DNA of 64,000 nucleotides from a virus. Lineage: Duplodnaviria; Caudoviricetes. Position numbers and translations under genes: made by a program. The stretch lies in IMG/VR virus record IMGVR_UViG_2643221578_000002, positions 1 to 64,000 of that record; one strand, given 5' to 3'. The notes beneath the pieces were generated by a model. The model was not told where the DNA came from, made no database searches, and saw only the letters and a list, made by a program, of their open reading frames with translations. Positions 9,350 to 18,661 of the stretch are shown here, one piece after another. How positions within the stretch are numbered: the stretch's first letter is position 1; every line of letters starts with the position of its first letter.

Positions 9350-9795
9350 ACGGCCCCTACCTCGCCCTCGTCCTCGGCCTCGGCTCCCGCGCCTGGACCG
9401 ACCGCACCACCATCGACACCGCCCTCACCGAGGTGTGGCACGACGCCCGCCAGAACGGCTACAGCGGCATCGAAGTCATGGAAGGCACCGCACCCGGCGC
9501 CGACCGCATGTGCGGCGACTGGGCCAAGGCCCGCTTCGACCAGGGTGTCCGCCACCTCCCCGTCGAAGCCGACTGGGAAGGGCCCTGCGCCGACACCTGC
9601 CCGCCCGGCCACCGGAAGACCCGCCGCGACAACACCGAGTACTGCCCGCTCGCCGGACACCGCCGCAACCAGAACATGGTCGACCGCCAACCGCTCATCG
9701 CCCTGGCCTTCCAGGTCGGACAGTCGGCTGGCACCGCCGACTGCCTCCGCCGGCTCGCCAAGGCCGGGGTACCCACGAGGCGGTGGGCGGCGTGA
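9346..9795 (+). CDS. SLOG-family (DUF2493/YspA-like) protein
   Basis: GSRAWTD, EGTAPGAD, AGHRRNQNMVD, GTADC motifs. Confidence 0.7.
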   Translation: MNGPYLALVLGLGSRAWTDRTTIDTALTEVWHDARQNGYSGIEVMEGTAPGADRMCGDWAKARFDQGVRHLPVEADWEGPCADTCPPGHRKTRRDNTEYCPLAGHRRNQNMVDRQPLIALAFQVGQSAGTADCLRRLAKAGVPTRRWAA

Positions 9796-10133
9796 CCGAC
9801 CTCGACACGATCCTCGCCGCCGGCCAGGCCCTGGCCGCGGTTCACGGCGCCGTCGACCAGACCATCAACGCCGTCCTCTACTACGGGCCGGGCGCCGTGC
9901 TCGCCGCCGCGGCGTACACCGCCTGGCGCACCGGGCAGTGGGCGCTCCGCCGCTACGACCAGATGCTCCACGACCGGGCAGACCGGCGGAAGCACACCGC
10001 CCGTGCCTACCGCCTCTGTCGCGTCGCCGACAACGCCGACGCCATCGGTGCGCTCACCGAGATCGACCTCATCACCTACCTCGACAACAAGTACGCAGCC
10101 ACCCCAGACCTCGCCCCGGAGGAGGGCCGATGA
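9792..10133 (+). CDS. membrane-anchored hypothetical protein
   Basis: GTGA overlap; one hydrophobic segment. Confidence 0.6.
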   Translation: MTDLDTILAAGQALAAVHGAVDQTINAVLYYGPGAVLAAAAYTAWRTGQWALRRYDQMLHDRADRRKHTARAYRLCRVADNADAIGALTEIDLITYLDNKYAATPDLAPEEGR

Positions 10134-10987
10134 CCACCGTGATCCGCAGGAAAGCCCCGCACCACAACACCCTCACCTGCTACACCGAGTACGGCTGCCG
10201 GCTCCCCGAGTGCGTCGAGCGCAAACGGCTCTGGCAGGTCGAAGTCCGAAGGAAGCAGCGCGAAGGCGCCTGGCAGCCCTTCGTCGACGCCAAGCCCGTG
10301 CGCGCCCACCTCCTCAACCTGCGCGAACACGGCATCAGCACCAACCGGGTCGCCGCCGCAACAGGCCTCGACAAGGCCACACTGCGCGCGTTCGTGCCCC
10401 CCACCGGAACCGGCAAGCGGCGCCCGATCCGGCACCAGACCCGCCCCGACGTCGCCGCGAAGATCCTCTCCGTCACGGTCGAGACACTCCGCGCCCACGA
10501 CATCGACGGCACCGGCAGCCGCCGCCGCATCCAGGCACTCGCCGCAGCCGGATGGCCCTTCCGTCGCCTCGACACCCACCTCGGCCTCTCCGCCCAGTAC
10601 ATCGGCGACCTCGTCCGACGCACCGAGAACGACTTCCTGGTCCGCGCCGACACCGCGGACCGAGTCGCCGAGGGCTACGAGACCCTCCGCGGGCAAAGGC
10701 CGTCGCGGCACGGCATCAAACCCCACATCATCCGGCGCGTCCGCACCCAGGCTGCGGAACGCCGATGGCCCACCCAGTCGTACTGGGACCAGTTCCCGGA
10801 CGCCATCGACGACCCGCACTTCACCCCCGAGTACAAGGTCACCCAGGCCGAAATCCTCGCCACGGAAGCGCAGTGGCTCATCCAGGCCACAAGTCTGAGC
10901 CGTGCCGAGGTTGCCGAGCGTCTCGGCAAGGACAAGTCGTACATCGACCGGGTCCTCAACCAGGCCCAGCTCAAGGCCGCGGCGTGA
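10130..10987 (+). CDS. multi-HTH DNA-binding protein with N-terminal Cys/His motif
   Basis: HHNTLTCY..YGCRLPEC plus several HTH-like segments. Confidence 0.75.
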   Translation: MTTVIRRKAPHHNTLTCYTEYGCRLPECVERKRLWQVEVRRKQREGAWQPFVDAKPVRAHLLNLREHGISTNRVAAATGLDKATLRAFVPPTGTGKRRPIRHQTRPDVAAKILSVTVETLRAHDIDGTGSRRRIQALAAAGWPFRRLDTHLGLSAQYIGDLVRRTENDFLVRADTADRVAEGYETLRGQRPSRHGIKPHIIRRVRTQAAERRWPTQSYWDQFPDAIDDPHFTPEYKVTQAEILATEAQWLIQATSLSRAEVAERLGKDKSYIDRVLNQAQLKAAA

Positions 10988-11388
10988 TCGCCACGCGGCC
11001 CGGTGCCGCCACCCCCACCCGCTACTACCCGTCCACGACCGACACGTTCGACGGCGACCTCGACTACATCGCGATCGAGCACGCCATGAACGGCGAGACG
11101 GTCACCCTCACCATGGCCGAGCGCATCGAAACAGCCCGGCAGCTCGTCGCCCGCGGGTTCACCCTCACCGACGCTGGCCGCCGTGTCCGCGCCGACCGCA
11201 ACACCATCGCCGCCTGGCGGAACAACGGCTGGGCGCCGCCCTCGCCCAGCCCGGACCCGGACCCCATCAACATCGGCAACGCCCAGCACGGCCGCTCCGG
11301 CTACACCAAAGGCTGCCGGTGCCGCACCTGCAAGGACGGGGCCGCCGCGGCGAAGCGGGCCGCGAAGCAGCGGAAGGCGGCGGCATGA
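10984..11388 (+). CDS. HTH protein with C-terminal HG..GY..GCRC..C zinc motif
   Basis: GTGA overlap; motif visible in translation. Confidence 0.7.
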   Translation: MIATRPGAATPTRYYPSTTDTFDGDLDYIAIEHAMNGETVTLTMAERIETARQLVARGFTLTDAGRRVRADRNTIAAWRNNGWAPPSPSPDPDPINIGNAQHGRSGYTKGCRCRTCKDGAAAAKRAAKQRKAAA

Positions 11389-11621
11389 TCCCCGACCTGT
11401 CGTGGCGGGAGTCCGCCCTCTGCGCCCAGACCGACCCGGAAACCCACTTCCCGGACCGCGGCGGGAGTAGCCGGCAGGCGAAGAAGACCTGCCTGGCGTG
11501 CGAGGTCCGCACCGAATGCCTGGCCTACGCCCTCGGCACCGGTCAGCGGCACGGGGTGTGGGGCGGGCTCGGCGAACGCGAACTCCGCAAGGCCGGCGCG
11601 CAGCGGAAGCGGGTCGCATGA
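11385..11621 (+). CDS. whiB: WhiB-family transcriptional regulator
   Basis: four Cys (C-x21-C-x2-C-x5-C) and GVWGG motif. Confidence 0.92.
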   Translation: MIPDLSWRESALCAQTDPETHFPDRGGSSRQAKKTCLACEVRTECLAYALGTGQRHGVWGGLGERELRKAGAQRKRVA

Positions 11622-11848
11622 ACACCGGCGGATCACCCACACGGGTGGTCCGCCATGCCGAGTTTTCGGCTGGCGCGCCGCCGAGGAGACGCTCCGGCGA
11701 ATCGCTCACCAGCGGCACGAGACAGAGGGTTTGCGCACGTCAGAGGCCTACGCAACCCCAGTGTCCGTCGAATTTTTCGGGCTCACGCACAAGGATCCAG
11801 GCACGACAAAGCCCCGCAGTGGCGGGGGAGGGAGGAGGGGACGTGACG

Positions 11849-12124
11849 TCAGTCCGAGTCGGTGTTGCGGATCCGGTCGAGCGCGCCCTTCGGCACCTTC
11901 ACGGTGCGCTTCTTCTCCGGCTCGGGCTCGACCAGTTCGCGCGTCTCACCGAGGGCGTCCAGGGCACGTTCGTAGAAGTCCATGCCGACGAGGACGGCGA
12001 CGCGCTTCCCGCGGGAGGTGAGCACGGTCGTCTCGTCGTAGTAGCGGGCCTTCTCGATGGCGTCGGCGAGCGCGTTGCGCGCGTCCGCGATCTTGCTCTG
12101 GTGCTCCTTCTTGGGCGCGGTCAT
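11849..12124 (-). CDS. orphan Phd/YefM-family antitoxin-like DNA-binding protein
   Basis: IADARNALADAIEKA...TVLTSRGKRVAVLV Phd signature; no adjacent toxin gene. Confidence 0.8.
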   Translation of the reverse strand: MTAPKKEHQSKIADARNALADAIEKARYYDETTVLTSRGKRVAVLVGMDFYERALDALGETRELVEPEPEKKRTVKVPKGALDRIRNTDSD

Positions 12125-12146
12125 GTCCGTACTGTACCTCACGGAC

Positions 12147-12187
12147 TTCATGTACATCAGCGCGTTGAGCGCTATGATGTACATGAA
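12147..12187. promoter_or_regulatory. 13-bp inverted repeat with two ATGTACAT cores (putative operator)
   Basis: TTCATGTACATCA 12147-12159 and TGATGTACATGAA 12175-12187; overlaps TATGAT (12173-12178). Confidence 0.7.
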
Positions 12188-12256
12188 CCTGTCGAACCCG
12201 GCGACGAATTGCCAATGCCGTCGCGCGCCCAAATGCCCTCCCGAGAGGTGAATTAC

Positions 12257-13249
12257 GTGACCTCAACAATCCGCACGGCCAATGCCGTCGAGCTGTTCGC
12301 CGGCCCCGGCGGAATGACCCTCGGCCTCCACGCCGCAAACATCGACGGCACCGGCATCGAATGGGACCCCAACGCCGTCGCCACCCGACGCTCCGCAGGA
12401 CTCCCCACCATCCACGCCGACGTCCGTGCACACGGCCCCGCCGACTTCCCCGACGCCACCGTCCTCGCCGGTGGCCCGCCCTGCCAGACCTTCACCGTCG
12501 CCGGCAACGGCACCGGACGTATGGCCCTCGCCGGGATCCTCGCCGCGATCAAACGCATGACCGCCCGCGGCGCCACCCCGTACTCGTTCGAGGACGACCG
12601 CACCACCCTCGTCCTCGAACCCCTCCGCTGGGCCCTCGAAGCCATCGACGCCGGCCGCCCCTACGAGCTGATCGTGCTGGAGCAGGTGCAGCAGGTGCAG
12701 CAGGTGTGGAACGGGTACGCCGACGCGCTCACCGCCGAGGGCTACCACGTCGCCACCGGAGTCCTCGCGACCGAGCAGTACGGGGTGCCGCAGACCCGCC
12801 GGCGGGCCGTCCTCATCGCCAGCCTCCACGGGCCGGTCGCACTGCCTGAGCCCACACACCGCCTCTACCGCAAAGGCGTCCCCCAGCACGAAGGCGACGC
12901 CCGGCTCCTCCCGTGGGTGTCCATGGGTGACGCCCTCGACCGGCCGCAGCCGTTCACCGTCGTCTCCAACTACGGCACCGGCGGCGACCCCAAGAACCGC
13001 GGCCGACGCACGTCCGCCGAACCGGCCTTCACCGTCACCGGGAAGATCAGCCGCAACCGGATCGTCGCCCCCGACGGCACCGAGCTCCAGCGGTTCACCG
13101 CAGCCGAGGCCGGAGTCCTCCAGGGCTTCCCCGCCGACCACCCGTGGTCCGGCAACGACATCCCGCAGCAGATCGGGAACGCCTGCCCGCCGGCACTCGC
13201 CGCGGCACTCGCGTCGACGACCCGGCAACCCATGCGAGCCGCCGCGTGA
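12257..13249 (+). CDS. C5 cytosine DNA methyltransferase
   Basis: motif I FAGPGG, IV GGPPCQ, VI EQV, VIII QTRRR, X QQIGNA; RBS GAGGTG. Confidence 0.9.
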   Translation: MTSTIRTANAVELFAGPGGMTLGLHAANIDGTGIEWDPNAVATRRSAGLPTIHADVRAHGPADFPDATVLAGGPPCQTFTVAGNGTGRMALAGILAAIKRMTARGATPYSFEDDRTTLVLEPLRWALEAIDAGRPYELIVLEQVQQVQQVWNGYADALTAEGYHVATGVLATEQYGVPQTRRRAVLIASLHGPVALPEPTHRLYRKGVPQHEGDARLLPWVSMGDALDRPQPFTVVSNYGTGGDPKNRGRRTSAEPAFTVTGKISRNRIVAPDGTELQRFTAAEAGVLQGFPADHPWSGNDIPQQIGNACPPALAAALASTTRQPMRAAA

Positions 13250-13343
13250 CGCCCCGCCCGGACCCCGCCCCCGCCTGACCCGACTGCGGGCCCCACACCG
13301 CTGACAGCCCGTACCCATCCGTACCGCTCGAAAGAAGACCTCC

Positions 13344-14117
13344 ATGGCCGTCTCCAAGCGCCTGCGCTACGAGATCCTCCGCAGGGACAACCACGCATGC
13401 CGCTACTGCGGGGCAACAGCGCCCACGGTGAAGCTGAACGTGGACCACGTCATCCCCGTGTCGCTCGGCGGCGGCGACGCCCCGACGAACCTCGTCGCCG
13501 CCTGCGCAGACTGCAATGGGGGCAAGACCAGCAGCCTGCCGAACGCCATGCCCGTCGCCGACGTTCAGCAGGACGCCTTCCGGCAGGCCGCCGAGCTCAG
13601 GGAAGCCGCGGATCAGAAGCGCCTCGCGACCTTCGCACACCTCTACATGGTGTGGATGTGGGCCTGGGAGAAGACCGGGAACCCAATCAGCGAGCTTGAC
13701 GAGCACTACTTCACCGAAGAGACGCACAAGCTCCTCGCCTGCGGATGGTCGGCGCGCGCTGAACTCACCGAAGCCGCAATCTGCGCCGGGTCCGAGAACG
13801 CGGTCGACATCGCTTCGTACATCGGGCGCGCTATGCAAGCAACGTCAGCGCCTCTCTCCATTGCAGACGAGCGCCTGGTGGCCTGCGTGGACGCCGTCAG
13901 AGCTTGGGAATCCGCATGGGACATGGCGAGGGCGGACGATGAAGAGCCGCCAGCCGAGGACGCTGTAATCCTCTTCAACACTGAGGTGGCCGCCGCCTTT
14001 GATGCCGGGGCGCATCCACTGCTCCGCACGCGTGCCGCGGAGGCAGCTGGCCGCTCCATGAGCGCCGACCTCGGCGAGCATCTTTCGCAGATGGCCTCTG
14101 CTGGCGGTGAACTCTGA
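13344..14117 (+). CDS. HNH endonuclease with uncharacterised C-terminal domain
   Basis: CRYCG...VDHVIP..GG.D...NLVAACADCN. Confidence 0.85.
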   Translation: MAVSKRLRYEILRRDNHACRYCGATAPTVKLNVDHVIPVSLGGGDAPTNLVAACADCNGGKTSSLPNAMPVADVQQDAFRQAAELREAADQKRLATFAHLYMVWMWAWEKTGNPISELDEHYFTEETHKLLACGWSARAELTEAAICAGSENAVDIASYIGRAMQATSAPLSIADERLVACVDAVRAWESAWDMARADDEEPPAEDAVILFNTEVAAAFDAGAHPLLRTRAAEAAGRSMSADLGEHLSQMASAGGEL

Positions 14118-14755
14118 TGGCCCGCGGCCACGGCCGGATCCTCACCAGTATCTGGGAGGACACCGACTTCACGGAACTCGACGAGAGCGAACAGCGCCTC
14201 TATCTGTTCCTGATCTCCCAGCCGAACCTCAACCACGCCGGCCTGCTCCCCGTGACATGGCGGCGATGGGCAGGCAAGGGCCGCGGACTGACGGAGAGCG
14301 GTCTGCGTCAGGCGGTTGACGGACTGGAGCAGCGCGGGCACGTCGTGGTATCGCACCACGACGAGGAGCTGTTCGTCCGCGGCTACTTCCGCCACGCCGG
14401 AATCGGCGGCCAGCCTCGGGTGGTCGCCGCCGCCTACGACGCGATCACCCGCTCTGCCTCATTCGAACTTCGGGGCGAGGCCTCGCTCGAACTGAGCGCA
14501 GTTGTCACGAAGGCCCCCGCTCCCGCCGCCCCGCGCGGGCTGCGAGCCGAGGTCCTGCGCCGCGACGGCTGGCAGTGCCGCAGGTGCGGATGGTCTCCCG
14601 GCGACCTCGTCCCCGCCGCCCCGACCGGCCGGCCGCTGTACCGCGGCCTGGAGATCGACCACATCCACCCGCGGTCCCTCGGCGGACCCGACTCGCTCGA
14701 CAACTTCCAAGTCCTCTGCACCACCTGCAACACCCGGAAAGGGGCGCGTACCTGA
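14117..14755 (+). CDS. replication-initiator-like N-terminal domain fused to HNH
   Basis: MARGHGRILTSIWED...QRLYLFLISQP N-terminus; C-terminal IDHIHP..GG.D...NFQVLCTTCN. Confidence 0.75.
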   Translation: MARGHGRILTSIWEDTDFTELDESEQRLYLFLISQPNLNHAGLLPVTWRRWAGKGRGLTESGLRQAVDGLEQRGHVVVSHHDEELFVRGYFRHAGIGGQPRVVAAAYDAITRSASFELRGEASLELSAVVTKAPAPAAPRGLRAEVLRRDGWQCRRCGWSPGDLVPAAPTGRPLYRGLEIDHIHPRSLGGPDSLDNFQVLCTTCNTRKGART

Positions 14756-15837
14756 TGGCCCGCATCCGCACCATCAAGCCGGACTTCTTCACGTCGCTGA
14801 CGATCGCTGACCTGACGCCGGAACAGCGGCTGACGTTCATCGGACTGTGGACGCACTGCGACGACGAGGGGCGGTGCGTAGACGACCCGCGGCTCATCAA
14901 GGCGGCGGTCTGGCCGCTGGACGATCGGAACTCTGTCGACGTTGAGATCGATCTCAAAGCCCTCAGTGAGTCCTCATTGATCCTTCGCTACACCGTCAAC
15001 CGCAAGCGGTACCTGGCCATCACCAACTGGTTCGAGCACCAGCGCATCAACCGGCCGACCGCGAGCAAGCTGCCCGCCTTTGAGGACGGCAACCCCACAC
15101 CCCCGAGCCCTCCTCCCATAAGGGACTCACCGGACTCACGGAGTGCTCACGGAGGACGCAGTGAGGACTCCAACGCTTCTCATCCGACAGCGCCGGAGGG
15201 CTCAAATCCCAGCGATTCCGGACCCTCCGAAGCCGCCGCCGAGCACGATGCCGGAAACGTCTCCTCCGAGGCCACACCGAACAGTGGCGAAGGGGGTCTG
15301 ACCTGGGACGACGTGGACGAGGACACCCCCTCCCTGAGTGCTCACGCACAACTCACTGAGGGCTCACGCCAGGAAAGGAAGGGAAAGGAAGGGAACAGGG
15401 AAGGGAAAGGAAACACGTTCCCGGCCGAGGCAGCGCCCGAACGCGACTCAGAGAGCGGGGCTGAGGCCTCCGACGCGGCAGAGCCGGTCGGCGCGACGAT
15501 CACTCAGATTCGCCCCGACGTTGAGCAGGCCTGCTTGCTGCTTGCCGAACTCATGGAAGCCAACGGCTGCCGACGGCCGGCGATCAACAAGGAGTGGCGT
15601 GACGCCGCCCGCCTCCTGCTCGACAAGGACGGCGTGGCCCTCGACGACGTACTCGGCGCCATCCGCTGGTCCCAGGCCAACGACTTCTGGATGGCGAACA
15701 TCCACTCCATGCCGAAGCTCCGCAAGCAGTACGACACCTTGCGCCTCCAGGCCCAGCGCGGACGCGTTCAGTCCGCCGCACCCACCGCCCCTAGCACTTT
15801 GACCAACGAGGAGAAGAAGCGTGCACTCCGATTCTGA
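14755..15837 (+). CDS. phage replication initiator protein
   Basis: MARIRTIKPDFF N-terminus, low-complexity linker, C-terminal FWMANIHSMPKLRKQYD; precedes loader and helicase. Confidence 0.8.
   Translation: MARIRTIKPDFFTSLTIADLTPEQRLTFIGLWTHCDDEGRCVDDPRLIKAAVWPLDDRNSVDVEIDLKALSESSLILRYTVNRKRYLAITNWFEHQRINRPTASKLPAFEDGNPTPPSPPPIRDSPDSRSAHGGRSEDSNASHPTAPEGSNPSDSGPSEAAAEHDAGNVSSEATPNSGEGGLTWDDVDEDTPSLSAHAQLTEGSRQERKGKEGNREGKGNTFPAEAAPERDSESGAEASDAAEPVGATITQIRPDVEQACLLLAELMEANGCRRPAINKEWRDAARLLLDKDGVALDDVLGAIRWSQANDFWMANIHSMPKLRKQYDTLRLQAQRGRVQSAAPTAPSTLTNEEKKRALRF
15121..15413. repeat. putative replication origin: 11-bp-phased CTCAC iterons plus purine tract
   Basis: CTCAC at 15135, 15146 (degenerate 15157, 15168) and 15341, 15352, 15363; A/G tract 15371-15413. 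Confidence 0.55.
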
Positions 15838-16438
15838 AGGCCCCGACCTCCGCAAGGAGTGGCTGCAGCAGCGCACCCACGGCGCCCTGTCCCGGTTCCA
15901 CGACACGACTCCGCTGATCTACCGCAAGCGCATCGACGTCCCGAAGGAGGTCACCGACTGGGTGGCCGGCTGGGGGAGCGGCAGCCTGTTCCTCACCGGG
16001 CACATCGGGGTCGGGAAGACGCACATGGCGTGGGAGACGTGCCGCCTGTGGCTGAAGGCGTTCTACGGCCCGGACCGCCCCTGGAACGGGGCCGCCACCA
16101 TCTACACCTACCGGTCGACCGCCCTGTTCGACGCCCTGCGCCCCGACGGGCCGGACGAGGTCCGCCGCACCCTGATCAAGACGCTGCAGGACGCCGACAT
16201 GGTGTTCGTCGACGACCTGGCCGCGGCGAAGGTCACCGAGTGGACGCAGGAGCGCCTGTTCGAGATTTTCGACGAGCGGTACATCAACAAGCGCCCCGTG
16301 ATCATCACGAGCGATGTGCTGCCCGCCGACCTCGGCCCGGTTACCGGCCCGCGGGTTGCATCCAGGCTCGGCGAAATGTGCCAGGACAGCGTCGTACTGC
16401 TCGAAGGCGACGACCGGCGGCGAGGCGAAGCCGCATGA
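15821..16438 (+). CDS. DnaC/IstB-like ATPase (helicase loader)
   Basis: Walker A GHIGVGKT, Walker B VFVDDL, RVASRL arginine finger. Confidence 0.85.
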   Translation: MHSDSEGPDLRKEWLQQRTHGALSRFHDTTPLIYRKRIDVPKEVTDWVAGWGSGSLFLTGHIGVGKTHMAWETCRLWLKAFYGPDRPWNGAATIYTYRSTALFDALRPDGPDEVRRTLIKTLQDADMVFVDDLAAAKVTEWTQERLFEIFDERYINKRPVIITSDVLPADLGPVTGPRVASRLGEMCQDSVVLLEGDDRRRGEAA

Positions 16439-16680
16439 GCGTCTACCCGCCCGCCGATGACCGGCTGAAGCACCTCCTCGCTCAGGAGATCAACTGCTCC
16501 GTCGACACCTTCAAGCTCGCGCTCTGGATTGCGGACGGGATCGTCAAGTCCCCCGAAATCCTGGCCGAGCTGGAGCGTATCGCCGCCGCCCACCACGGGG
16601 GCCAGCCGTGCGGAGACCGGCACTGCGCCCGCTGCTTCGAGGCCCAACTCGCCCCGCCCACCCAGGAGACCAGCGCATGA
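16435..16680 (+). CDS. hypothetical protein
   Basis: ATGA overlaps on both sides. Confidence 0.6.
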   Translation: MSVYPPADDRLKHLLAQEINCSVDTFKLALWIADGIVKSPEILAELERIAAAHHGGQPCGDRHCARCFEAQLAPPTQETSA

Positions 16681-18056
16681 CCACCGACATGTGGGCGACC
16701 GCCCCCACTGACGACATGGCCCCCGACGCCACACCCGGCGGCCCGTCCGTCTTCGAGGACGAGCGGATCATCGCCGCGTCCGTCATGGCCCGCCCCGACC
16801 TCATCGACGAACTCGCCGCCGAGTTCGACCCCGCCGACATCCAGGACGACCGCTACCGGTGGGTGTGGAACGCCGTCGACGAAATCCGGCAGAGCCTCAC
16901 CGACGACGAAATCCGGTGGCAGGCCGTCAACCGGCAACTCCAGGCGTGGAAGGCCACCGGCTACCTCCCCATGGTGCCGCTCGCCCTCGACCAGCTCGCC
17001 CGCCTCTACGACGAAGCCCGCCCGAACTACTCCGCCGCCGCCTGGCACGCCCAGCAGATCACCAAAGCGTCCGTCGCCCGCCGGTGCCTCGCCCTGTCCG
17101 CCGACATGAAGCTCCGCGCCCAGTCCGCCGGCTTCGACCCCGACGTCGACATTGCCGCCGCCCAGGACGCCCTCGACAGCCTCACCCGGCAGGACGGGGC
17201 CAGCACCCCCTCCCTCGTCGGCGACCTCATCGGCGCCGCTCTGGAACGTGCCATCACCCCGCCCACCAACGAGAACCGCATCCCCACCGGGTTCATGGAC
17301 CTCGACGGCACCCTCAGCGGAGGGTTCGCCCCCGGCCAGCTGGTCGTCATCGCTGCCCGGCCGGCGATCGGGAAGTCGACGCTTGGCCTCGGCCTCGCCC
17401 GCGCCGCCGCGATCAAGCACGGCATCCCCACCCTGTTCGAGTCGCTGGAAATGGGCGACGAGGAGATGACCAACAGCATCCTCGCCGCCGAAGCCCGAGT
17501 TGGCCTGCACCACATCAAGCAGGGCGCCGTCGACGACGCAGGCATGGCGAGGGCAGCCCGCGCCACCCCGCGCATCGCCGAGGCGCCGCTGTACCTCAAC
17601 GACAGCTCCAGCCTGTCGCTGCCGATCCTCCGCGGCCGAGTCCGCCACATGATCCGCACCGTCGGGCTCCGGATCGTGTTCATCGACTACCTGCAGCTCA
17701 TGGACGCCCCCAAGGCTGAGAACCGGCAGGCGGAAGTCTCCAAGCTCACCCGCGGACTCAAGCTCATGGCCAAGGAGTTCGGGATCGTCATCGTGATCCT
17801 GGCCCAGCTCAACCGCGGTCCCGAGCAGCGGCAGGACAAGAAGCCCATGGTGTCGGACCTGAGGGAGTCCGGGGCGATCGAGCAGGACGCCGACATCGTG
17901 ATCCTGCTGCACCGTGAGGACGCCTACGACAAGGAGTCCGCGCGGGCCGGGGAAGCGGACTTCATCGTCGGGAAGCACCGGGCGGGACCAACAGGTGTGA
18001 TCACCACGGCGGCTGCTTTGCACTATGCGTCCTTCCTGGATATGGCCGCATCGTGA
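16677..18056 (+). CDS. dnaB: replicative DnaB-type helicase
   Basis: AARPAIGKS, SLEM, IDYLQLM, AQLNR, DLRESGAIEQDAD motifs. Confidence 0.95.
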   Translation: MTTDMWATAPTDDMAPDATPGGPSVFEDERIIAASVMARPDLIDELAAEFDPADIQDDRYRWVWNAVDEIRQSLTDDEIRWQAVNRQLQAWKATGYLPMVPLALDQLARLYDEARPNYSAAAWHAQQITKASVARRCLALSADMKLRAQSAGFDPDVDIAAAQDALDSLTRQDGASTPSLVGDLIGAALERAITPPTNENRIPTGFMDLDGTLSGGFAPGQLVVIAARPAIGKSTLGLGLARAAAIKHGIPTLFESLEMGDEEMTNSILAAEARVGLHHIKQGAVDDAGMARAARATPRIAEAPLYLNDSSSLSLPILRGRVRHMIRTVGLRIVFIDYLQLMDAPKAENRQAEVSKLTRGLKLMAKEFGIVIVILAQLNRGPEQRQDKKPMVSDLRESGAIEQDADIVILLHREDAYDKESARAGEADFIVGKHRAGPTGVITTAAALHYASFLDMAAS

Positions 18057-18280
18057 CCGCGGCTCCCGAGGACATCGCTGCGATGAGAGCCGACGGCGAC
18101 CTCCTCGACTACATCCGGTCCCTCACCGGCCGGCCCCCCAAGCAGCGGCAAGCCGAGCCCAAGCCCGAACCGAAGCCCTGCTTCCACATCCGCCGCCCCG
18201 GCGCCTGGCCCTGCGGCACCGCCGCCACCGGCCCCACCCCGAAGCCCTGCACCGACTGCCAGAACGGAGGAGAACCGTGA
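18053..18280 (+). CDS. hypothetical protein
   Basis: coupled to dnaB. Confidence 0.6.
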   Translation: MTAAPEDIAAMRADGDLLDYIRSLTGRPPKQRQAEPKPEPKPCFHIRRPGAWPCGTAATGPTPKPCTDCQNGGEP

Positions 18281-18432
18281 CGGACAACTGCCCCAACTGC
18301 CCGCAGCAGCAGGTCCAGCCGACCGCCGAGCATGAGCGCGGCGACCAGGTCAGCCACCTGTACCGGTGCCCCCGGTGCGGCGTCACGTGGTCGACGAACC
18401 GGGACCTGGACGCGTACCGGGAGGCGGCGTGA
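18277..18432 (+). CDS. small zinc-ribbon protein
   Basis: CPNC...YRCPRC; GGAGGAG RBS. Confidence 0.6.
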   Translation: MTDNCPNCPQQQVQPTAEHERGDQVSHLYRCPRCGVTWSTNRDLDAYREAA

Positions 18433-18659
18433 TGCGGGGGACCGGTCTTGGGTTGGGGCGCGGGCGCGAGGCCGTGGCACCCCCGTCGCGGGCCAGAACG
18501 GGTCCTCTCGCGGCCGAACAGCCTTCCGTCGCCCGGGAGTCCCGGCGGGGCGGAGAACGCCAGGGAGACGCCCAGCGGGCCGACCCGGCCTCAGAACAGA
18601 TCCCCGGGCAGACCGAACTGCCCCTCGTCCACCACCAGCCCACCCTTTGGAGCTTGTGA
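18432..18659 (+). CDS. hypothetical protein
   Basis: TGATG overlap; low complexity. Confidence 0.4.
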   Translation: MRGTGLGLGRGREAVAPPSRARTGPLAAEQPSVARESRRGGERQGDAQRADPASEQIPGQTELPLVHHQPTLWSL

Positions 18660-18661
18660 TC

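Noticed and set aside
11498-12256. Long N-terminal extension of the C5 methyltransferase (583-aa ORF in track)
   Set aside because: Overlaps whiB and the antisense Phd/YefM gene; motif I and an RBS place the real start at 12257
12679-12707. 9-bp tandem repeat (EQVQQVQQV) in methyltransferase motif VI
   Set aside because: In-frame and short; no evidence of variability
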